Assembly (NCBI GenBank): GCA_002269645.1
Contig: NIVC01000313.1
Coordinates: 5,492 to 69,491 of the forward strand
Length of the DNA stretch: 64,000 nucleotides
DNA from: Macrostomum lignano
Taxonomy: Eukaryota
Direction: 5' to 3'
Position 1 is the first letter of the stretch. Each line of letters begins with the position of its first letter. The position numbers were made by a program, and so were the translations under genes. Below the pieces are notes generated by a model. The model ran no database searches and was not told the origin of the DNA. It worked only from the letters and a program-made list of their open reading frames with translations. This document shows positions 19,207 through 31,847 of the stretch, in pieces.

Positions 19207-20335
19207 GTTTGTGCTACACGTCTGCACTGCCCCAGCTCCACTAATACTTGCTTCTACCCAAAGTCGGAGTGGACTTTACGTCTGTGTAAATCTATAGCAC
19301 ATGAAACAATGGGAGATTATACATACGGTACTAGAGGTAAACAATAAGCAAAATCACGAGTGGCGTAAGCTGTTTTGCAGGCAAAGGTAATTATTTCTAG
19401 CACCTCATCAGAATAATGATGGCAAGCAAAAGCGACACTTTGGAGTAGTTCTTTCATTTATACGAGATTTACGTTTTTATTTTTAGTAACTAAAAATGAG
19501 TACTTCAGCACTTTTTAAAAGTAAGTAAAGACTTCTAGATGAAAATTGTGGAACATGATGTCTTGTTTACGAAATTAATGCCAATGACAAAAAGAACAAT
19601 TAATGTCAATAGATTTAGCTGAATGCATATATTAGCTGTCAGTTTACCTGTCACCTAAATTTTATGCAAAGTTGTGGATAAGGCGCTGTTAAAGGTACGC
19701 CCATTCTTAGAGTGCAGTGAGCTATGCATGCTTACTTCTAGCGACATTGCCATAAGGAATGGTATCTTTTTAGATTTGGGTTAAAACTGCTGCTTTGTAG
19801 GTGGTAAAACAAATCTATCCTAATTAGCAAGTAAGCTGCAAAGTTTAAGGAGGGAATTCAGCCTGCGAAGGTCCAGACGGAGAAAGGCATTCGGAGACAA
19901 GTATTTCGGTGTACTTCGCTGTAGACTAAGCCTCGTCGGTCATAATCATAAGCCAGGCTTCAATGCAAACAAGACTCGAATTATTTTTTGCAAATTGTAG
20001 CTACTTCCTTAATAAGACTCGCTTTACGGTTCTTTCTAAGAGCTCATCTTCTTGCATTACAGTAATGTAGTACAAGCTTCAATAAAAAAACAAACGGATG
20101 ATTTGCTTTGGCATCCCAAAGGAATCTAAAAGGGATCTGCTGGCACACTATCACTTCAGTTTATCCCTATTATTCCAGATTTACAGTGTAAGCACCTATT
20201 AGGTTACACCCGTTAATGTAAGGAGATTTACTCAGCAATATTTCAATCTGAACCATTGCTAATTCCGTGGTCTTCAAAAACTGTTTTAATAGAATTCCGC
20301 CAACGTGGCATCATGGCACTAGCGCTGCTGTACTA

Positions 20336-20509
20336 ACACCGGATGGCCTGTCGGATTTCTTTGAGACACCTCTGGGATGCTTCAGGGAGACACGCTTGCG
20401 CCGTGCACTCACTGGGTGCTCTTTCTTCTAACGACGACGGCTTCCTGCTGCATCGACGCGTGGTTCGACGCCAACTGGAGTGGCGGCCCTCAGCACGCTT
20501 GGCTACGCC
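20336..20509 (+). mobile_element. RTE-like LINE RT fragment, part 1
   Basis: LQGDTLAP motif; ends in STLGYA, which continues as DDL at 23542. Confidence 0.7.
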
Positions 20510-21379
20510 TGAAGAGTTTATTGGGTGGTGATCAGTCACTCAATAACTCCCACTTCTAGACACTGGGGAACAGGTATATACAAAATCGAATAACTCTTAC
20601 TGCAGCGGATCATCTTGTAGTTTGTAGACGTCTGGGTCTTGTAGTGTGTAGCGCTGTCCGACTTGGCTGAGCGGTGGCGGCGGCCGGTTCCGGTGAACCG
20701 CTGTTGTTTCTTGGAGTCCTTAACTTTATCTGTGGGTCGACCAAAACGAGAGCGAATTAGAATTCTTGACGGTCCTTGAGCTCGGAATTAACAATAGAAC
20801 GTATGAACAATTGTCTTCTCTGAATATCTGTAATAGGTCCTCCTGAAGGGCGTCTTCTTTGTTACGTCCGAAACGTAACGGACAACTCAATTCAAATCAA
20901 TAAATCCTTTAGGAATGTATCCTAGGAAACAAGGAGGCCTTTCTCAAATGTCTCGACAATAAATGGCTCTCGTAGACTGAATTAATCAACTTACTAGTGC
21001 TATAGGAAAGAACTAAATCGGGTAACGCTTGCCAATCTATCCGGATTTCTTCTTGGTTAACGTATTCCAAAGTCTTCATTAAGACCGCTCCGAGTCTGAA
21101 TTTTTGACTTGGATTTTCGCTTATATTTATAGTAAAATTTTGGTGAAAAACTGGTTTAAAATCGGTTATTTACTTAGGTAACGTAGGTTTGATCATTACC
21201 ATATATGGGATTAAGCAAATAAAACTCCCGAGAACCGGTTTCTTGATCAAATAAACGTTGGTCCTACGTGGGGCTCTGACTCACTTCTGTTTGCATATGC
21301 AACTAATTCTAAAAATAGATAATTACTCATCATGACTCATTCTAAAAATGGATTGTTTAGAATTGTTTAGATTGTTTAG

Positions 21380-23430
21380 ATAGCTGTAGGAATAAACTTG
21401 TCTCTGACTCTGATCAATTCTTTGCCCAGACTCACGCTATTGTGAGTAGCAAGAAGAACAGGTTGATTCATGAAACTTTGAAACAACTGAGGGCTAATAA
21501 AGAGATTAAGGTTGTTGGCTATGACAAGGGTTACGGAGTTGCCATTCTTGATAGTGATGACTATCATAGAAAGTTGAATGACATCGTTAGTGATCAATCC
21601 AAGTTTCGTTGCTTAGGTCCTAACGACGAGGTGACGATGATGCACCCTGTGCTAAAGGCTGAACGCAGTATCCAAACCTACATCAGAACTCAGGTGAAGA
21701 GGTATGTGAAAGAAGAAACGTACAAATGTATAATGCCCAGTGGTAGCCAGCCTGGCCAGTTGTATGGCCTGTGTTCAAAGTCCACAAAGAGGACAAGCCC
21801 CTGCGTCCCATCGTGTCTATGATTAATACTGCTGAGTATGAGTTGGCCAGGTTTTTAGACTCTATCATCAAGCCAAAAATGCGCCAAGAGTTTAGTGTCA
21901 ATTCTAACCATCAGTTCATTGAAGCTCTGAAATCTGTGAGGCCGGACGGTAATGACAGTGTGTTCAGCTTTGATGTCACTTCGCTATTAACGAACATTCC
22001 TCTCAAGCTTGCTTTAGATCTTGCCACTGACGTTGTCTTTGTTGAGTCTCCTCCTGAAATACCTAAAGCGGTGTTTAGGAAGCTGCTGACTTTAGCTACT
22101 TCGGGTATCTTTCTCTTTCAAGACAAATACTATCGCCAAGTTGACGGGTGTGCTATGGGTAGCTCGCTTGCTCCAACGCTGGCTAACGTCTGCATGGCTT
22201 ACTGGGAGAAGCAGTGGATGTCTCTTCCATGTGCTCCGACCTTTTATAGGAGGTATGTTGATGATATGGTACCTTTGCGATCTTCGATGAGGCTAGTAAG
22301 CAAAGTCAATTTCTCCAAGCGCTGAACTCTACTCACCCAAACATTCGGTTCACCGTGGAAGGGGGTGATAAGATAAGAAGTTGCCCTTTCTTGACATTGA
22401 GGTTGAGTTGAGTCTGGACACTGTTAGCACTAAGGTGTACCGCAAACCCACGTTTACTGGTCTGATGCTCAACTTTAATGCGTTGTGGCCCGCGCCAATG
22501 GAAGGCTGGTCTTGTCCGTTGCATGATGCACAGAGCGTTCAGTATCTGTAGTACCTGGCAATCTTTCCACCAAGAAGTGGTCGAGCTCACTGACATTTTT
22601 CAACGTAATGGTTTCCCTAGGGGTTTTGTTGGTAAAGTGCTGAACAGATTTCTGACTAAGAAAATGACTGAGTCTAGTTTGACTGACGAAGCTAAGAGGT
22701 CGAATTCCAGTGATGTGCTGATCAAACTCCCATTCCTTGGTGTCCCGTCCCTGAGTCTGGAAAAGAAGCTTAAAAGAACCGTCTTGAAGTATTTCAACTC
22801 TCGGGTCATGGTTGTGTTTCAGACCGCCAAAATCGGCCAGTTTGTTAGCAGGTTGAAGTCGAAGGCCCCTAGAGCTCTGTCTGCTGGTGTCATCTATCAA
22901 TTTTGTTGCTCTGGTGATCAGAGCATTTCCTACATAGGAAAAACCAAAAGGCACCTGTACACAGGGCTAGGGAGCATAGAATGAATAACTCTGCTGTGCA
23001 TGATCACTTGCTTAGTTGCAATGCTTGTTGTGAGCATGAGCCGACTGAGCTTTTCATCGTTTTGGATAGATGTAAAATTGATGGCAAACTCAGAATGCTG
23101 GAAGCCTTGCTTGCAGGTGTAGGAGCCAGTTCACAGCTCAAAGTTTTCTAGGCTTGGTGTGGGTTTGCGGCTCTCTCCTCGCCATTATTGTTTGCTCTGT
23201 GTTTGTTTGTTCTTTGTGATGGCTAAAAATTTAATTTATTTTCGTCTCTTAATGTACAATTATCGACCGGACTGAACGTCTTATTGCCCTGTACAGTTTT
23301 TGATTTTCTTTATTTATTTAAATATACGGAACTGTTAATCATGAGTGCAAGCCCTGAAGATGACCGCCAGTGTCGAAACGCGTTGGCTGTAATAACAATT
23401 TACTCATACGTTGGTGTTGGCCTTCATTTT
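21380..23430 (+). mobile_element. Penelope-like element (RT plus GIY-YIG endonuclease), frameshifted
   Basis: DKGYGVAILD; KVHKEDKPLRPIVS; SFDVTSLLTNIP; GCAMGSSLAP; RRYVDD; LPFLD; VYRKPT; IYQFCC...SYIGKTKRHL (ORFs 21442-22984). Confidence 0.88.
23346..23391 (+). ncRNA. Minimal type I hammerhead ribozyme in the Penelope 3' pseudo-LTR
   Basis: AGCC-CTGAAGA-T-GAC-cgccagt-GTC-GAAACGCGT-T-GGCT. Core CUGANGA at 23354-23360, GAAA at 23375-23378, stem II GAC/GUC, stem I AGCC/GGCU, palindromic ACGCGT stem III. Confidence 0.8.
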
Positions 23431-23537
23431 TCTATTATTTATTAAACGAGCATCTCTACCAGATTGTGAGTTTAAAATGGTTTTATTAGAATATTACTTG
23501 AAGTAGTGCATTACGGTATGACTAACGGCTCAATACA

Positions 23538-24270
23538 CGCCGACGATCTCGTCCTACTGTCATCGACCGTCAAGGCGCCCAACGCCAGCTGGAGCAGCTG
23601 GTAAATGTTGCGGCGAGCGTCGCCTTGTGGTCAAAACGCAGAAGACCGTCGTGCTCTGCGTGCAGGACGACATCGAGGCTGCTATTTTTTGCCGAGGCCG
23701 TGACGGACAGTTGACAAGGCTTCCGCGCTGTCAGCAGTTTTTCTATCTCGGCGGTCTGGTACCTGACGTTCGCCAGGATCTGCGACATCACCGTGGACTT
23801 TCCTGAGCTTCCTTCCGTTCCGCGAGGTCTGTCCTATAGTTCGAGGCCCTGTCTGACTTTGTAGGCGTCGATCGCGGTGTCGATCACTCCGAGGTTTATC
23901 ACTCCGAGACCTGGACGCTGACGGAATCGCTCGAACAGCAGATCGATGCGGCGTACGCTGACCAACTGCACGACGCCTTCAATATCGGCTACAAGCGAGT
24001 CAACAATGCGTCACTTTATCGCTGCACCGTCCCAGCGAACCGTTGCGCCGTCGGCGACTCCAGCTGGCAGGCTATTTCATGAGAGCCGAGTCGTACTGCC
24101 CGTAGCCGGTGTAGGAGGTGCTGCTGCTGACGCTGCAGGCACCCTACCGTCGACTGCCTGTCTGCTGATTCCGGCGCCCCGGAAACTGCTGGCGTTGCGG
24201 CCTACGTTCGCGCCCAAGCCTTGAAACGCGCCCTGTGACATTGTCCATAAGACACAGCCTGGCGTAATGA
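23538..24270 (+). mobile_element. RTE-like LINE RT fragment, part 2
   Basis: ADDLVLLSST...QRQLEQL...QKT...FYLGGLV...SETWTLTESLEQQIDAAY, with frameshifts. Confidence 0.75.
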
Positions 24271-27200
24271 CAAACTCAAGTGGCCATTGTGTGATTATGC
24301 TGTACGCACATTACTCAACGCTTAGGAATTATTATTTAAGGCTACTAAAAAACATTCACGAGACAATGTGTTTGTGCATACGATTTGTCCATCTCCAAAA
24401 CCTAATACACAGTCTATCATTATTTCAGTCCCTTACCTACTACGCAATCACCATTGTCTAACGCTTGACTGGCTGAACAAAGTTTTTTGTTGTTTTTTGT
24501 GCTTAACAGAATATTCTTCCTTGGGGAAGATAGACAGTCGCTTGGGAATGCAGTGGAATCTGCATGACCAATCGCGGGATGCTTTCGGCTCATGTATTCA
24601 TGGGTTCGGCCAGGCGTGGTAAAGGCGGCATCTAACAAAAGTTAATATTGGTATTATTGTTATGAAATATTAACTATACTTTTAGTATTATGATTATGAT
24701 TATTAATATGAATGTTATTATATTTTTTATTACTATATAGTGTTACTAGACAACCGCACGCACAGGGGTTATTAAAGCACCCTCTGGTGGAAAATAGCTG
24801 TGTCCAGCCTAGCTGTAGATTGTGGGGTAAGGCCCAGACCCCGCAAGTCAAGGAGAAAATTTTGGTCAGAGTGGTGCGGCTTGGCCCCGGCGGAGTCTCC
24901 CACAGCCCAGACGCCTTGCTGAGGCGGCTCTCAGCGCCTGAAAACTTAAAAACAAAAACAAAAACAAACACAAAAAACAGCTTGCAAGAAGATTTTGGAC
25001 AAAACCTAATGGTTTGGTCTGTCACTTGATGATCTGCCACTATCTGTCACTGTGACTTGATAATGTTCTGTCACTTGAAAAAAAGTTTAAAATAATGACA
25101 AGACCGATTTAACATGAAAAATCGATTAATGCGTCGTTAGAGCAGCATGTGAGGCACAAAATATTGTGATTAGAACTTTCTCTGACACTTAAGAGACCCG
25201 ATCACTGTTTTAGTGTTGAAAATCGTGAAATTTCCTATCTCCGTAGTGTATTATTTTGGTGAAACCTGCCTTTAAAACTATTTCTGAACAAAAAGCTTTA
25301 TGAATATCGATAGAGCTATAAGAAAGGCAGGCACAACATATCAAAAGATTAATACTGGATCTGCCTCCTCTCAAAAGCAATAACAATTTTTGTGCTGAAA
25401 AAATTAAAACCTGCATTCTCTGTAGTCTTTTTTTTCGGCGAAAAGTTGCCTTCAAAACATTTACCATAGATTTCGAGTGTTGCGTCCTACTACTTAAGTT
25501 GTCCTTGCACGGGTACACCGTGTTAACTTACTGTTCGAGCGAATCCCTCGAGCGGCTTCTAGCTCTTGCTACTAAAAAAAGAGGACGATCTGAACCACCA
25601 ACTAAAACAACGCCGCTTCCTCAAACAACAAAGCTCGTCGCGACGCTGCAGATTTTTGCAGACAAACTGGTAAAAGTTTTCGAACTTTTTATCGTCTGTT
25701 TGATAGAAGATTGATACAAGATTGAAGCTGACACGCACAGCACGCACGCCGTCACTGGGTGCTCAAAGATTAAGAACACCGAGACGAGACCAATTATGGG
25801 TCTAGCTATTGCTGCAGCAAAATTCGGTTCAGCTGACAGCTGACAAGTGTCAATAAGCTTGATAAAGCCAAAATCTTTGAATAGGAGAAAAATGGAGGCT
25901 ACAAGCAACTTAAAACCAATTAAGCCCCGGATATTAACAGCACACTGTGGAAATCTAGAATACTTCAAGCGTTGCTCACAGTTGCCGCCGTCCACCTGCA
26001 ATCGAGTCCATTATAGTTTTCCAAAAATCGTCCAATCCTGCGCGGACTGCGCCACTGGCATGTTTCTCTACGAAGTGTTAATGTTTTACAAAAAACAAAC
26101 CATTATTTTTTTTACCACATTTAATATATTATTATTAAAAATTTTTGGGCCCATACCAGGGTATCAGTGTATATTTCTGGGAGCCGAAATTTAATCTTCA
26201 ATGGAAATACTGAAAGTTCAACCCACCCGTTAGCCGCATGGCCATGGTATATGACAGTATTCACTCAGGTTTGATTCACGTCACCCAGAAAACTAAACTA
26301 TGGGCAAATAATTTTAACACGTAAAAAATCAGCTCAGTTGTTCAAACTTTTCAATTGCTAAGAAACTCGAAATTGAGGCTTAGCCTTAAATAAGGCTTTG
26401 GATTAGTTAGTAATGGAAAATATTTTACCGAAGCAATATTCACACGAACTGCACGAATCAGAAAATCATCGCTTGGAAATTGCCAGGAGATTTCGGACAA
26501 AACTTAATGGAAAATATTTTCAAGTTAGAAAGTTATTTTCAGACGAGTTTCAATGCACTCTTATTTTTGATGGATGCCAAAAAGCAGTAAAATTTGCCTG
26601 CCGACGAATTGTTTTAAATTTAAGTTTACAAGCCATAAAAATGCAAAAAATATCAATGAATAAAATGCGAAGAATTCTTCAGTAACTTAGATTGAAAGTT
26701 TTTATTTTAAATTCTACAAATCATAAAAAGTAAACTTGAACTTTTAAAATTTAAAAGTAAAAAGTAAAAATTTAAATTTACCATTTCATTTTTAAGCACT
26801 CAATCGGCGCATTGAAAAAAACCATAAAAATTCGATTCGATTTGAAGAAAATGAATTTCTCACCTCCCATTCTTTTGATTGAAACATGAATAATCTCGAA
26901 AACTTTCAAATCGATAGATTTGTTAATTTAAACAAAATTTGCACTTCAAAATTGATGAAATTCATAATTAAATTACATGAGCACACTAGATACATTTTAA
27001 TCATTGATACTAAACATCCGTACTTTCAAACACAAATATTTGACTTAATACATTATTTTCCGAATACATTTTAAACTAGAACAACCTGCACACAAGGCAG
27101 ACACATGCGAAAAAACCTGCACACATGACATACACCCACCGAAACACCTGCACACATGGTAGAAGTAAGGTACCTTCTGCGTCCAAATTAGTTCTCTGCG

Positions 27201-27739
27201 CTGCTAGGCTGGAAGGCCGGGGAGTATAGTCCGGTCGCTAGCGGTCAGAGCGGTCGCTAGCGGTCGGTGGTCACAAAAATCGCTTCTGAGCCACCAGAAG
27301 GTGTCGAGCCTGGAGGAATCTTTTTTGGCATCCTGCCTGGTCAGGTGGAGCGGCCGGATAGTTTTCCTACGATTTTGCGGGCCACAAGGCCCTCGAAATC
27401 GCCAGTGTCTGTCTGTGATTTTAGTCTATGGCATTTTTTATCAAGTGAAGAAATACATTGGGACAAATTTTTGATTAAATACACATTTGATCTTTGTTCT
27501 TTTTGCATTTTTGTATTGTTTGTCAAGTGAGCTACTCTCTCCGAATGCTACTTTGATAGTTATCGTCGCTGCCCGGACGCAACTGTCCCCTTTCTTCGGA
27601 AGTTTGAGCGCTACACCACCGCCTTTGGCAAGTGCCGTCGGACGGACGGTCAGTTCATTCAACATTAAATTTAGCTGCAGCCTGAGCACCCTGGGCTCCT
27701 TGGCCACTCCCTGTGAGCCACACCATGTAAGTAATTCCC

Positions 27740-28050
27740 CTTGAGCTTTGACATCTCAAAATTTCCCTTATAAGCCACAACATTTCAGGAATTCCCTCAT
27801 AAATCTCGTGACGTCTTAAAATTCCTCATGTGCTCTGACAACTTAACGATTCCCCATGAGTGTCTTGATACTTTGGAAATTCCCTATGAGCCTTGAGATA
27901 CGAAATTTCAGCAATTTCCTGCCTAAGCCATGGACTTTCTCTTCCTAGCTCGTAATGAGCCTTTACATCTTAGCAATTCCCTATAAGCCTTGATATCGTA
28001 GCTATATTGCCTCCGTGAGCATTGAGAACTTGACAATGCCTCCACCAATG
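27740..28050. repeat. Degenerate CTTGACATCTCAGCAATTCCC-type satellite
   Basis: Diverged copies of the ~24-bp motif that is abundant at 39.5-41.1 kb. Confidence 0.6.
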
Positions 28051-28809
28051 AGTCGCTTATGGCTGACAGGGCGATTACGTTATGGTTGAACCCTAACCCC
28101 AAACTTGAACTTCATCCTAGCTTTCAGCTGCATCAATACACATGTTAATTATTTTATGTTTGACAGAGCGATTATTTTATGATTGGCATGGATGGCTGAG
28201 AATCGCTATAATTATTCAAGTTATTTTACTTCTTTTTGATAAATCTGCATCAGTTTAAAAATTCTTTTGACTGGCTGGCCACGTCTTCCGAGCGGAAGCT
28301 CACTGCCCTGAGCGGCTGCACGAGGTGCTGCTGCCCAAGCTGCACAGACCGCGCAGGGCGAATAGCGAGAAATTCTGACAGGCTTTTGACCGATGCTGGC
28401 GCCCCGGATCAAGCTGGGGGTGAGTTCCAACATGAAGTCGGCTAAAGTAAAAGTCTCAGGAAGCAGTTCTGACAGTCTTTATTAAGCTTAACTACGTCGT
28501 ATATGATAAGACAATTGAATTATAAAATCCAAGTTGCAAATCAGTTAGTCTACTGACTGACTAAGGCGCTGCCTTAGTATGCAGTATTCATTATATTCCA
28601 ATCAGAATATCCCACCCATAGATCTTATATTCTTATGATCTTTGATCCCACCAATTCATTCATAGTGAAAACTCTGCTTAAACATTGCAAAAAAAGCATG
28701 TTTTTCCAAAAATGCGAGTAAAATCGTTCACATCGTCATAAAATAAGGCCAAATTTCGGTGATTACACAACATTACACAACAAATTTTGTTGTGATTACA
28801 CAACAAAAG

Positions 28810-29225
28810 CAAGCCATCATGGCCCAGCTCGGACGAGCACTTGGCACTTCTTGGGGTATTTCCCCAAAGCAACTTTGGTGAAGCTACACTTCCGTAGTTA
28901 GACCTGCCATTACGTACGCCTCGGTTGTCTGGGTTAGCGCTACCCAGGTCAAGTCATGCAGTTTTGGTCAACACGATCCAGGGCAGAGTGTGTAGGCTCA
29001 TCTGCAACGCCACCAGGTCCACGCCCTTTGCCGGCATGGGGCCTTCCTTAATCTACCGCCTCTCGACCTCTTCGTCAGGGTTGAGGCGGCTAGAACGACG
29101 CGGCGTCCATTGCCGGCGTCAAATTCCCCTACATGAGGGCACCTGCTAAGCGGAACTTCGTCCCGCATAGCGACCTGTGCCTCAAGATTCTCAACGAGTG
29201 TCAGGCCAATCGCGTCTTCACCGAT
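28810..29225 (+). mobile_element. LOA/R1-like LINE RT C-terminal fragment
   Basis: WGISPK, VRPAITYASVVW, IQGRVCRLICNATRSTP and LPPLDLFVR motifs across frames. Confidence 0.65.
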
Positions 29226-29229
29226 GGCA

Positions 29230-29690
29230 AATTATTGCCATTTCACGGTTTTCACGGCCATTTTGGCAAGACCGTTAAACTGCGGTGAATACAAAGGGGT
29301 CTCCATCTCTTGCACTCCATTGACTTCAAGCCAGGAAAGCAGAGGCGGGAGTAAACTCTGCTTCTTTGTCAGACCTAATCAAGTAAAGAAAGTACACAAG
29401 CAGTTTTATGACTTCATTATACAGGATCGAGGAAGCCTCAATCCAGCCCGAGTATGTGCCCAAAACGATGAGGATATTTCCCGCGTCGGATATAAAATCC
29501 CAATCTATGTGAAGACGTTAGAACGGAAAAGCTCGTAGGTGGCCAAACGTATCTTGAATTTTGTAGGCGAGGTCGCAGCCGAGTATAAAGGAGACATTGG
29601 TGCACAAATTTCTTGACATGGCGTTGCATTCCAGGCCACCAACAGGTCTGAACCAAAAGCCAAAGCGGTGGCATCCGAGTGTGTCATGGG
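29230..29690 (-). mobile_element. Gypsy integrase remnant
   Basis: CWWPGMQRHVKKFVHQC (zinc-binding part), YSGWIEA, TPLYSPQFNGLAKMAVKTVK. Confidence 0.65.
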
Positions 29691-30865
29691 CTGCTTAAAA
29701 AAGTCTCTCTACGAAGCCTCGGCGGTGCATGTTAAACAAGCATTCTGAGACTTTTTTAAAGCCGATTCCGCTTGCGATCAGTTGTGGCTATCATTAGACA
29801 AGACGCGACGGACGATTCTGGTCTGGTCTGGCTATTTTGGTCTGCTACTTTGTCGAGACTAGGAAGCAGTAAATGAAATGACTGCACATTTATTCAATTA
29901 GACTGCAATGAAATATTGGATGTAGCCTTTATTCTAATGTATTTTCGCCGTTTCCAGATGTAGATATAGAGTCAAAACACTGCATCATGTTAAAAAACAA
30001 AATTTTGAGCAACCTGGCGAAAAAAGTATCAATTTAAGCGCAATTAACCCGAAGTTAGAAGCTTTTAAATTTCATCTGCAATGCAAACAAGCGTGCCTTC
30101 AAAAAATTGTCATAGATTTCGAGCGTTGCGTCCTTCTACATGTACTTAAGTAGTCTTTGGAGATTATCAAAGGATTTTTAAACTATCTGACGCACTCTGC
30201 TTTATCTGGCTGCGTATTTTATTGTTGTTGTTTTTGTTGTTTGGGACTATCGAAACAATGAAATAGCCAAAGAAAAGATGGCAGAAGGCATACTGATTTA
30301 CAGAAACACTCCCATCTACGATAGACGTATTCTCTCCATCATGCTGTATTGACACCCGGCCAAAGATTCCCTCCCTACTTATCGACAAAACCTTAACCCT
30401 GAGTGGCACAGCACAATTCAAAAGATGGAGCAGCCCGCATCTGAGATTGACAAGACGGTGATGCAGCATCACGACCAAGAAGAGGTTATGGCCGAGTTTA
30501 TATACATGGCCAGTTCGGTTTCAATACAGCCGACTGTAGCAGTTGAAAGTTCAGTTTGTCGGGTTAATGAGGATCAATGACCTGAAAGGAGAGATGGTCT
30601 AGATGATGAGTTATCTTATATATATCTATGACCCCGACCTAAAGCCTACGTGCTAAGAGACAGGGCAGACAAATTTACAGTAACAAAATATTGGCTCGTT
30701 ATCAGAGCAGCCCACATATGTACGTGTACACTCCTAGATATAACACTCTGCATCAGCAGAGTTTGTCAGAGAAATTGTATCATCGGGAAACATAAAGGCT
30801 GAGATTGCAGGAAATCAGTTTATTTATTGGCTCACACAATATGAATGCTGTTTGGGGTTATTAGA

Positions 30866-31847
30866 TTATTCTGAGAAAAATATTTCAAACGCGAGCATTC
30901 CGATTTCTCCACCGCACTTTTCTTTTCTGTTGCCGGGACAGTTCAAGTTGCAGTATCGCTTATTAGTTAAATAGTCCTCCTTAACGATCTCGTTGCCACA
31001 GTAACATTTTGTGCCATTAAGAAGTCCGAAAAAGCTAGCAGTATATTGCTTGTTGCAAATTCTGGCACAGAATCTCTGATTCATGCTCACATCAGTGGCA
31101 GCCTGGGTGACTAGGATGTTGTTGGAGCCGTCGTCGACGAAGCAACCCACCATTGGTGCTGAAAATGTTAATTAGTTTAGGTTGCAAAAGACCAGTGTAG
31201 CTAGTGACTTTGTGGGGATGGGTGCATTAAGAAATGTTGCTAAGGAGAGAGGGTGCTGTAGGAAACGATGCTTAGGAGAGGGTGCTGCAGGAGAGGGTGC
31301 TGTAGGATAGGGTGCTGTAGGAGAGGATGCTGTAGGAGAGGGTGCTGTAGTAGAGTGATGCTGTAGTGGAGTGATGCTGTAGTGGAGTGATGCTGTAGTG
31401 GAGTGATGCTGTAGTGGAGTGATGCTGTAGTGGAGTGATGCTGTAGTGGAGTGATGCTGTAGTGGAGTGATGCTGTAGTGGAGTGATGCTGTAGTGGAGT
31501 GATGCTGTAGTGGAGTTGTGTTTCAACAATAGCACGCGACGCACCAGGTATCATCAAGCTGGCAGTCCTAACTCCCTTGTAAATTTGCACATAACCCTTT
31601 CCGCCGCATGTTTCGGCGGAGCTGCCGGTGCAGATCGTTTTGCAAAAGGATGGTAAAAGTTTGGGTGCCTTAATCCAGTTGCCGCACCAGCACTCTGAGC
31701 CCCTTTGTAGTCCGAAGTAAGCGTAGTCATTCAAGGCGCATTGCTCAGCGCAGACGTCCGCAGTCATTTTGGATGAGTTGTCAACTTTGTCCTTTAATGG
31801 CGCTACTTGTGCGTATGGGGCTTCTGGGAAGCAGCCTTGGTACTGAT
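30866..31847 (-). CDS. WSC-domain protein B: two WSC exons (31545-31847 and 30866-31158); 5' exon not resolved
   Basis: YQGCF...MTADVCAEQC...YFGLQRGSECWCG...C...C.G...ETCGG and VGCFVD...MNQRFCARIC...FFGLLNGTKCYCG...C...CPGN..EKCGG. Phase-1 GT-AG intron 31159-31544; AATAAA ~45 nt after the stop; same junction (PG|AP) as gene A. Confidence 0.85.
31245..31515. repeat. Intronic 16-bp tandem repeat (10 units, 31356-31515) plus degenerate 15-bp units
   Basis: TGATGCTGTAGTGGAG x10, preceded by GGAGAGGGTGCTGTA-like units. Confidence 0.95.

Larger units (their letters stand above)
20510..23537. mobile_element. TG...CA-bounded insertion with 4-bp TSD (possible solo LTR) carrying a Penelope-like element
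   Basis: CGCC at 20506-20509 and 23538-23541; the insert starts TGAAG and ends ATACA; it splits the RTE YADD motif exactly. Confidence 0.55.

Noticed and set aside
31240-31544. HHSTTASLHYSITPLQ repeat as a protein domain of WSC gene B
   Set aside because: It lies after a phase-1 GT donor at 31544 and is an intronic 16-bp tandem repeat.
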